From Paramicrosporidium saccamoebae KSL3 (Eukaryota; Fungi; Cryptomycota), in NCBI GenBank assembly GCA_002794465.1, contig MTSL01000169.1, positions 123,098 through 155,097 of the forward strand: a stretch of DNA of 32,000 bases, given 5' to 3'. Positions 21,181-28,752 of the stretch are shown piece by piece. A model generated the notes under the pieces. The model had not been told where the DNA came from. It worked only from the letters and a program-made list of their open reading frames with translations, and did not search any database. Made by a program: the position numbers and the translations under genes. Positions within the stretch are counted from its first letter, which is position 1. Every line of letters starts with the position of its first letter.

Positions 21181-22499
21181 ATGCTGCAGCGTGACGAGGC
21201 TGATTCGGGCCAAAAGAAGCGAACCAGCTACTTTTATCACGAGGATGTTGGCAATTTCCACTACGGACCAGGACATCCTATGAAGCCACACCGTCTAGCC
21301 CTAACCCACGAACTAGTGGTTGGCTACGGACTCGACCAGCACATGGACCTGTACCGGCCGCATGTAACCAGCGAACAGGAGCTGCTCATGTTCCACTCGG
21401 ACGACTACATTTCCTTTCTCAAAAAGTACAATATTGACATTCCCTCTAATGGTACAGAGTGAATCCAGACACTGTAAATGCGTTTGTAGCCGAGCTGCCG
21501 CGCTTCAACATAGTAACGGATAGTCCCATTTTCGATGGAATGTTTGATTTCTGTCGTCTGTACAGTGGCGGCTCCATTGACGGTGCCCGGCAGATCTGTG
21601 CTGGCCAGCACGAAATTGTAGTCAATTGGGCTGGAGGTTTGCACCACGCCAAGAAGAGTGAAGCATCAGGCTTTTGCTACATCAATGACATTGTCTTGGC
21701 GACTCTGGAGCTTCTTCGGCACTTTCCACGTGTACTGTACATTGATATTGATGTCCATCATGGCGATGGTGTACAGGAAGCCTTCTATGTGTGTGATCGA
21801 GTAATGACACTGTCGTTTCACAAATTTGGCGATGGCTTCTTCCCTGGGACCGGGGATTTGCCTGAAGTGGGCACCCGCAGGGGAAAGTACTTTTCTGTCA
21901 ATGTTCCTCTACACAATGGAATTGACGATGCTGGCTACGCATACATTTTCCAGCCCGTCGTAGTGGCGTGCATTGAAAACTTCAAGCCGAGCGTCATTGT
22001 ATTGCAATGTGGCGCAGACTCGCTGGGCTGTGATCGGCTGGGGACCTTTAATCTCAGTGTCCATGGCCATGGTGAATGTGTCAAATTTGTAAAGAACTTT
22101 GGACTGCCCGTATTGGTTTTGGGCGGGGGAGGCTACACTATCCGAAATGTATCGCGCTGTTGGGCCTACGAGACCTCCATCCTTGCTGAGATGCCGGTGA
22201 GTAATGATCTCCCTGACACTCCTTACTATGACTTTTACTCGCCCGATTATAAACTTCATCCCGTCACTGGTACCCGTATTGAAAATCTAAATACACGAGA
22301 GTATTTGGATGATGTCAAGGCGCGGGTGCTTGAGAACCTTCGGAGGCTGCAAGGTGCACCAAGCGTACAAATGCACACGGTGCCACATGTAGAAGATTTT
22401 GAAAACGAAGTTTTGGATGGAGGCAGTGACAGCGATTCTGAATGCAGCGTCCTACCCACCGATAGACCCCGTCCGAGTCTAATGAAGGATTTAAAATAA
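21181..22499 (+). CDS. Class I histone deacetylase, HDAC3/Hos2 type
   Basis: Exons 21181-21425 and 21458-22499, with a 32-nt intron 21426-21457 (GTACAA..CTAAT..CAG). Catalytic motifs GGLHHAKK, DIDVHHGDGV, GADSL, GGGGYT are intact. HPMKPHRLALTH and GCDRLG..HGECV are HDAC3-like. 428 aa. Confidence 0.93.
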
Positions 22500-22529
22500 A
22501 CCATCTGTGTATATAGATAAAGTAGAGCC

Positions 22530-22642
22530 TGAGATGAGAGAGGTTAGATGAGAGATGAGAGATGAGAGTTGAGAGTTGAGAGGAGGACAGAGGGAAGGAA
22601 TTTTTGGACATTTTGGGCATTTGGGACATTTGGGACATTTTG
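22530..22642. repeat. Degenerate tandem repeats: 7-mer GAGATGA/GAGTTGA (22530-22583) and 9-mer TTTGGGACA-like (22601-22642)
   Basis: Directly visible between the HDAC stop and the GPATCH1 ATG. Confidence 0.75.
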
Positions 22643-22647
22643 TGAGC

Positions 22648-24480
22648 ATGGGATTGCAGAGCAAGGGGATGGATTTGCTGGGAACTCCCCTTTCCTCTAC
22701 CAACAAAAAGTTCGTTCCTGAATGGAAACAAGAGGCGCGCGACGAACTTGGACGAAAGCATTTCCATGGCGCCTTTACCGGTGGCTTCCAGGCTGGCTAC
22801 CATAATACCGTGGGGTCGAGAGAGGGCTGGACACCAGCTAGCTTTACGGGGGAGAGACAAAAGGTGGAGGATTTCATGGATGAAGAGGATCTTCGGGATA
22901 GAAATAGACAGAAACTCGTAACAACGGAGGAATACAATCCAAGGACCCAACAAGTGGTGGGGAGAAGGGATGGAATTGGTTGGCAGATTATGAGGAGGAT
23001 GGGTTGGAAGGGCGATAGTAACGAAAAAGGTCCTGCAAGCAACCTGTTAAATTCTAGCATACCTACACGCCATGAAGAGACTATCAAATCTGCCGGATTC
23101 GGCGTCAGTGTGTTGGAGGAAGAAGACCAGGACATTTATTCTGGACCAAAAGAGTCCTTTGTGCCATTCATTGATTTCACTAAACAGTCCAGAATACCCC
23201 GTTCCACTGAAAAACGGCATGGTAGGCAGGATCCGGATTGCATAGAGGGATTTGTCCAAGCAATGACCAAAAGTCTGGAAGAAGTGGAATACCCTCCGCC
23301 AATTGTCCCAGATAAATTTGTGCCCAAAGGCCTTGGACTGCAATCTGTCCCCCAGGCTAGGCCGGCTCGGACAATCGAGGAACGAGCAAATGCACTAGGC
23401 GAGACCTACGTCTCTCCTGAATGGAAAGAACGAACATTGGACACGGCAGCCGAGCTGCTTCCCGAGACCCGGGAATCCTTGCCGGCCGAGTTGGACAGGG
23501 TCACTGCGCTGTCTGCGCAGCAGGGATATATGCCGTTTCAAGTTAATCCCGGCAAGGATGCTCGATATCGACAGTTTCTTGCCCATTACGCATCACCAAC
23601 CACTGTATCATTGCCTGAGCGGCCTCGTGGCATGTCTACTTCTGAATATTATCGTGAACAGGAGGAATTTGTGAAATCGGCAAATATTTACAAGCCACTC
23701 GCAGCGAACATGGCATCCAAATTTGTGTCCTCAAAGAAGCTTTTAGTTTCAGAAGCACCCAAATCAGGACTGCACACTCCTCAACCCAAGCCACTGTCAG
23801 TTGCAGATGCGCCCCAAGATGTTCCCGAAAATGATCAGTCAGCTCCGCAATATGGTTTAGATACGCGCAAAGTAAGTGATTGGACGCCAACAACCAACTT
23901 GTGCAAACTCTTTGACATAGATCCTACTGGTGGCAAAGATCAAATGCCCGCCAGCGTAAATCCCGTATTAAGCATGGAATCACTGCAGAAGATTGTTTCG
24001 GGATCAAAATTCGCCGACAAGGTAGATTTGGAGATTTTCGATGCAAAGGAAGAAGCGGTTGAGGAGGAGCAAGTTGAGATTACTGAAAATCTTGACAAGC
24101 CTGCCCTCGCGCTCTTTAAATCAATTTTTGAAGATGACAGCGAAGATGAAGTGAATGACAGTGGTACAACGGATGGCAATGGGAAAATGGACACTCGGGA
24201 AATAGCAATGAGCAATTCTCAGCAATCCATAGGTCCTGAGAAGACGTCCCTTAAACCTGAATCTTCGAATACACAGGAGGGCATTGCTTTCCATCCAAAG
24301 CCTACCAAGCGGAAAAATGCTCCGAGACTTGTAACTGTGCTTGATGAGCCAGTGCATATAGTGACTCCCATCGCAGCGCTGCCGAGAATAAAACCAGCAG
24401 CAGCGTCGATAGACGATGATGATTGTGCAGAGACTGTGGTTGTCAAGAAGAAGAGACCAGATGCCAGCGATTTCTGGTAA
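22648..24480 (+). CDS. G-patch domain protein 1 (GPATCH1, DUF1604)
   Basis: GTPL..W.QEARDELGRKHFHGAFTGGFQAGYHNTVGSREGWTP is the DUF1604 signature. Also a G-patch core IGWQIMRRMGWKG, PFQVNPGKDARYRQFL, and C-terminal RPDASDFW. The ORF-track start at 22576 is a TTG inside a repeat; ATG is at 22648 or 22669. Confidence 0.88.
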   Translation: MGLQSKGMDLLGTPLSSTNKKFVPEWKQEARDELGRKHFHGAFTGGFQAGYHNTVGSREGWTPASFTGERQKVEDFMDEEDLRDRNRQKLVTTEEYNPRTQQVVGRRDGIGWQIMRRMGWKGDSNEKGPASNLLNSSIPTRHEETIKSAGFGVSVLEEEDQDIYSGPKESFVPFIDFTKQSRIPRSTEKRHGRQDPDCIEGFVQAMTKSLEEVEYPPPIVPDKFVPKGLGLQSVPQARPARTIEERANALGETYVSPEWKERTLDTAAELLPETRESLPAELDRVTALSAQQGYMPFQVNPGKDARYRQFLAHYASPTTVSLPERPRGMSTSEYYREQEEFVKSANIYKPLAANMASKFVSSKKLLVSEAPKSGLHTPQPKPLSVADAPQDVPENDQSAPQYGLDTRKVSDWTPTTNLCKLFDIDPTGGKDQMPASVNPVLSMESLQKIVSGSKFADKVDLEIFDAKEEAVEEEQVEITENLDKPALALFKSIFEDDSEDEVNDSGTTDGNGKMDTREIAMSNSQQSIGPEKTSLKPESSNTQEGIAFHPKPTKRKNAPRLVTVLDEPVHIVTPIAALPRIKPAAASIDDDDCAETVVVKKKRPDASDFW

Positions 24481-24668
24481 CCTGTAGATGTACATATAAA
24501 CCTTTATATATTGCCTGTTTTTGTCCTGTGAATCTGGCGATGGGATCGATTCGGGTGCTGTGAGGTGTGCAGTACTGGTCTGTTGATAACGCATTCTCGT
24601 AATGAGCACGTAACAGACAGGGGTTTTGACTTCGAGCCCCACAGCTTTGTTATTTTTGACTCTTGAAA

Positions 24669-25214
24669 ATGTCAAAGCGACAAAGGTTAAGTGAATGGTA
24701 CGCAGACGAAAAGGACTCTTGTCAATCAGAGAATATTCCCATGTCACAGCTGCTAAAGACTGAGGGCGTGGGTGCTGCCGATACTGCTGATATGTGTACC
24801 AGTCAATACCCATACCAGCCACCGGAATGGTATTCACAACTACACGCCCAATTTACTGCTCTAAAGACGAAAAAGGCACTAAGCGATGCACAATGGTGGT
24901 CCTCGCTCCCCACTGGTTTGTCTCCATACTCTGAATATTTGGTTGACGAGTGTCTTGTGCTATCTACAGAATTGCTACTACTCCGCTCCGGAAATGTGCG
25001 GATCTGGCTGAATACAATGTGGCTCCGCGAACAACATCGGAATCGGATGTCCCTGCACTTGGTACACGCGAGCTTTAGCGGAATTGCACATGATCAACTT
25101 GTAACGCATCTAGTTGATCTTTTAAAGACTGTTGGTTGTCAAATTAGGCTGTATAATTCCAATGCCATCGGCCAGAACGTCGTGTGTAGAAACTTTACCA
25201 TTACTCATCGATAA
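24669..25214 (+). CDS. Hypothetical protein (~181 aa)
   Basis: Open frame from AAAATG (24669) to TAA fills a gene-sized gap. No confidently recognised family. Confidence 0.5.
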   Translation: MSKRQRLSEWYADEKDSCQSENIPMSQLLKTEGVGAADTADMCTSQYPYQPPEWYSQLHAQFTALKTKKALSDAQWWSSLPTGLSPYSEYLVDECLVLSTELLLLRSGNVRIWLNTMWLREQHRNRMSLHLVHASFSGIAHDQLVTHLVDLLKTVGCQIRLYNSNAIGQNVVCRNFTITHR

Positions 25215-25250
25215 CTCTGTGACGAGTTGACTTAATATGTAATTTAAACA

Positions 25251-25454
25251 TGCAGTACCATTACGCAGCACCATTATGCAGTACATTGTGACCCCCAACC
25301 CATACCACCATGCATAATCTACAATACACAACACAACAGTCAGTGAGATTCATTCTAGATACTCTTCATATATACTCTTTGTACATCTTATCAATCCTAC
25401 CAGTCATAGCAATCATAGCAATCATATCAACCATATCAACCATATCAGCCATAT
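25251..25454. repeat. 13-mer x3 (25251-25288) and 9-mer CARYCATAK x6 (25401-25454)
   Basis: Directly visible between two convergent stop codons. Confidence 0.75.
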
Positions 25455-25466
25455 CACTCTTGTCAA

Positions 25467-26584
25467 TCATGTTATGGCTCTTCTACGCGACGCAGCGAGA
25501 AGGTCTACAATGGTGGGCGATGTAGGGCCGAGTTGCCACCCAGATTGCAAGTCACTCTCATCCACAATCTCCTCTTGAATCATCTCCTCAATAATATCCT
25601 CCATTGTCAAGATTCCAAGTTGCTTCTTGTCCAAGGTCACAATGGCGAGATGGCTGCGTCCCTGTTGAAAGTCGTTCAAGATTGAAAATAGAGACATTTC
25701 CGTAGCGACATGAGGCACAGGCGATATTGGAAGTTGCGAGATGGGAATTGGGTCGCTGAGATTCAATGCCAACAATCTCTTAACAAGCACCACTCCGATA
25801 ATATTGTCTCGGGCCCCCAGATACACGGGCACTCTGCTATATCCACGCCCGACAATCTCCTCGACCCACTTTCGGTCCAAGACGCTCTCGGCATCCAACA
25901 TGTACACTTGGTCCAGTGGTGTCATGATTAATGCGGGATGTTTATCTCTCAACTCCAACACTCCTCTGATAATTTTAACCTCGTCCGGCGCAAGTTCAAT
26001 ACGTCCGCCCATGATACTGACCAGCTCCTTCAGCTCGGCCCTCTTGTACACCACACCATGGGCTCGTCCCAACATCCATTCTAGAAAACGGGCTGTGGGG
26101 TAGGCCACCGGGTAGAGAAGCATGATGCTAAGACGCACCAGCCAGATAAAGTGTCCACCGATGAGCAGTCCGTACTTTGTGCAGATTGCTTGTGGAAGAA
26201 TTTCGCCAAAAATCAGGAGCAGCACTGTGGACAACATTACTGCAGCCCAGCCAGTGCTGAAGAATCCCTCTGCCACGATCGGAATGGTTTCGTTGATAAT
26301 CTACATATAAATGGCCCGGTGGGATGTTACAGTGCTGGCAAGGATCAGCGTGACCAGCAGCATATAGCCGTCCTTTCTAATGGGCGCAATGCGTTCTGCA
26401 TACCGGCGCTGCTTCTCATCGCCCGTATTCCGAATCACCTGTAGCGTGGTTTCGTCAAGTGACATTAATCCAATCGTCAGTCCTGTCATCAGCATTTGCA
26501 AATCAGCTTACCAGCATACAGGCCGCTGATTATGGACAGCCCAACCACCAGTGCCAGCTGAAGGAGCGTCGGATACTCGGACAT
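25467..26584 (-). CDS. CNNM/DUF21 + CBS-pair metal transporter (Mam3-like)
   Basis: Exons 26584-26512, 26482-26331 and 26300-25467. Introns 26483-26511 (29 nt) and 26301-26330 (30 nt) restore SGLYAGLTIGLMSLD and LLVTLILAST-IINETIP. Also FGEILPQAIC, GYSRVPVY, GRSHLAIV, TMEDIIEE. 352 aa. Confidence 0.92.
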
Positions 26585-26620
26585 TCGAGTCTAAACACAC
26601 GATACGGAAAATGTAATTTA

Positions 26621-27091
26621 ATGTTTTCACGCGGAGTGCGTCTCTTCTCCGTCGGTACGCCATCCGCGTATAGACTAACTATAGTGCGAAGATACACTGC
26701 TGATCATGAATGGGTCGAGGTAATTCGACCAACAGCTGTCCGGATGGGGATTACGGACTATGCACAGAAGGCGCTGGGCGACCTGGTGTACGTGGAGCTG
26801 CCCAAGGTGGGTACAGCAATTAAGCAGAAGGAGCCAGTGGGTGTGGTTGAGAGCGTCAAAGGTGCTTCAGATGTGTATGCACCACTCTCGGGGACCGTCA
26901 CCAAAATTAACGAAACTGCGATTGCCAAACCGTCTCTAATAAACAAGAGTCCCGAGGGTGATGGTACACTCACTAATTGGAGAATGATGATTGTAGGTTG
27001 GCTGTGTGAATTGGAAATGCCATCCACTGTAGAAATGGATGCACTGTATGACAAGGAGGGCTATGAGAAATTCTGTAAAGGGGCTGTGTAA
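26621..27091 (+). CDS. GCV3: Glycine cleavage system H protein, mitochondrial
   Basis: Exons 26621-26654, 26685-26963 and 26997-27091; introns of 30 and 33 nt. YTADHEW, GITDYAQKALGDLVYVELP, lipoyl-Lys motif ESVKGAS, and spliced SPEGD-GWL. Arg-rich N-terminus. 135 aa. Confidence 0.93.
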   Translation: MFSRGVRLFSVGTPSAYRLTIVRRYTADHEWVEVIRPTAVRMGITDYAQKALGDLVYVELPKVGTAIKQKEPVGVVESVKGASDVYAPLSGTVTKINETAIAKPSLINKSPEGDGTLTNWRMMIVGWLCELEMPSTVEMDALYDKEGYEKFCKGAV

Positions 27092-27121
27092 TTGGCGAAT
27101 AAAATATTGCCTCTGTTGCGT

Positions 27122-27168
27122 GGGGGGGGGAGTTGAGGATTAAGAGTTGGGAGTTGGAAGTTGGGAGT
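27122..27168 (+). repeat. G9 run plus 7-mer RAGTTGG x ~3.5
   Basis: Directly visible between GCV3 and PGS1. Confidence 0.65.
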
Positions 27169-27298
27169 ATTGTTGCGTAGTGGAAAAGATGCTAAAATAT
27201 GGGTAAAGTGTTAATCCTTCCGTCTCTCGACTCTGATCCACCACGTATCATCCAATAATCATTCCACTACTTTACATCTTTTGCAGCGCTGATCGAAA

Positions 27299-28744
27299 AT
27301 GCCATGGCACATATTTTACCCTATTACGCCCTTACTCGCGGTTCAACAGCTTGATCTTAGAAACGCTTTACGTGACATTAACAATTTCACAGCTAGGATC
27401 GGCGTCCCCAGGGATATGGCAGCAGCACTAGCAAAGAGATTGGGCAGCCTTGCGCCAGTGTTCACTGCGCGGCCTGAACAATTATCATTTCTGCCGTCAC
27501 CTACTGCATTCTATGAACATCTTAAAACTTCCATAGGAAATGCAACAAGACGAGTCACCTTGGCAAGCCTCTATCTTGGGACTGACGAACAGGAGCAGCA
27601 GCTGGTCTCTCTGCTCGATGACAAACTCAAGCGTGAAAGTGGCCTAAGCACCCATATTTACATGGACTATTTGCGGGGCACAAGAGGAAGTCCGAGCTCT
27701 GCAAGTCTTTTGATGCCGCTGGCAGCCCAACACTCAAATTTGTTGGTGTCAATGTACCTGGCACCTGCCGTGCAATGGCGTCAGGTCGCCCCGCCTCGGT
27801 GGAATGAAATATTTGGAGTATCGCACCTAAAAGTGTGTGTTTTTGACGATAATGTGCTCGTCACTGGCGCAAACCTCAGCAAGAACTATTTTGAGAATCG
27901 GGCGGACCGGTACATTTGCGTAACCGGGCACCCAAAGCTAGCAAACTATTTCGATCAGCTGATTCGTGTCATTTCTGGACTTTCCCATACTCTGAACGGG
28001 AAAGGAGGATTCAATCCGCCATCCACCAAGCAGAATGATGCAAATTTACAACTGGAAGAATTCCTCAAGAAACAAGCCGCTTTTTCAGATCCAATTGATG
28101 AAAATTGTACCTTTTTAGTTCCGTCTCTGCAAATGTCTCCGCTCGGAATCAGACAGGACGAAAGGCTTCTCGATGTTATGATGAAAAGCACGGATGAGAT
28201 GCACCCACATTCAAAGGTATCCCTAGCCACTGGTTACTTTAATCTGTCACCAATGGCCAAGCGCATATTTGCGCAGTGTAAGAGGACTCCCTGGCATATA
28301 CTCACCTCTTCGCCTGAAGCAAACGGGTTTTTCAACTCTGATGGCGTGTCCAAGTATATTCCAGACACTTATCGAGCAATTGAGCTCGAATTCCTCTTGG
28401 ACGCAGCTCAAAGGCCCCCTTTGGCGACCAATGATGCCGACCAAGAATCCATTTATGAATATTCCCGACCGGACTGGACATTTCACGCCAAAGGATTGTG
28501 GATTGACACTCCCGAAATGGTTTCTACCGTAATTGGATCATCAAACTTTGGCCATCGATCATCAGAACGTGATTTGGAGGCCCAGCTCTCTGTCATTACC
28601 TCCAACTCGGAGCTGATGGACAAGATCAGGTGTGATAGGGACGCTTTGTACAAATATTCGAAGCTAGTCTCAGCCCCCCAAATCAAAAGTCAGACAACGA
28701 TGGCTGCTACACTAGTGTCTAGGCATTTTAAAGGCTATCTTTAG
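27299..28744 (+). CDS. PGS1: Phosphatidylglycerophosphate synthase (PLD/HKD type)
   Basis: ASLYLG, HLKVCVFDDNVLVTGANLSKNYFENRADRY, TGYFN, SPEANGFF, WTFHAKGLW, IGSSNFGHRSSERDLEAQ. Start at 27299 or 27416. Confidence 0.9.
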   Translation: MPWHIFYPITPLLAVQQLDLRNALRDINNFTARIGVPRDMAAALAKRLGSLAPVFTARPEQLSFLPSPTAFYEHLKTSIGNATRRVTLASLYLGTDEQEQQLVSLLDDKLKRESGLSTHIYMDYLRGTRGSPSSASLLMPLAAQHSNLLVSMYLAPAVQWRQVAPPRWNEIFGVSHLKVCVFDDNVLVTGANLSKNYFENRADRYICVTGHPKLANYFDQLIRVISGLSHTLNGKGGFNPPSTKQNDANLQLEEFLKKQAAFSDPIDENCTFLVPSLQMSPLGIRQDERLLDVMMKSTDEMHPHSKVSLATGYFNLSPMAKRIFAQCKRTPWHILTSSPEANGFFNSDGVSKYIPDTYRAIELEFLLDAAQRPPLATNDADQESIYEYSRPDWTFHAKGLWIDTPEMVSTVIGSSNFGHRSSERDLEAQLSVITSNSELMDKIRCDRDALYKYSKLVSAPQIKSQTTMAATLVSRHFKGYL

Positions 28745-28752
28745 GAGATTGT

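Noticed and set aside
4887-22499. Sin3 and a class I HDAC in one window as a functional cluster
   Set aside because: They are 13 kb and six genes apart, and the HDAC is HDAC3-type, not the Rpd3/HDAC1 partner of Sin3. Chance in a dense genome is sufficient.
24121-24837. 238-aa minus-strand ORF spanning the GPATCH1 end and the orphan ORF
   Set aside because: GTG start, overlaps two + strand ORFs, and no motif.
27199-27353. Possible spliced 37-aa ORF upstream of and overlapping PGS1 (intron 27245-27286)
   Set aside because: The 42-nt intron is outside the observed size range, it overlaps the PGS1 frame, and there is no promoter or homology support.
3613-28744. Lipid gene cluster (seipin, ACC1, PGS1)
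   Set aside because: Not adjacent, different pathways and compartments, and interspersed with unrelated housekeeping genes.
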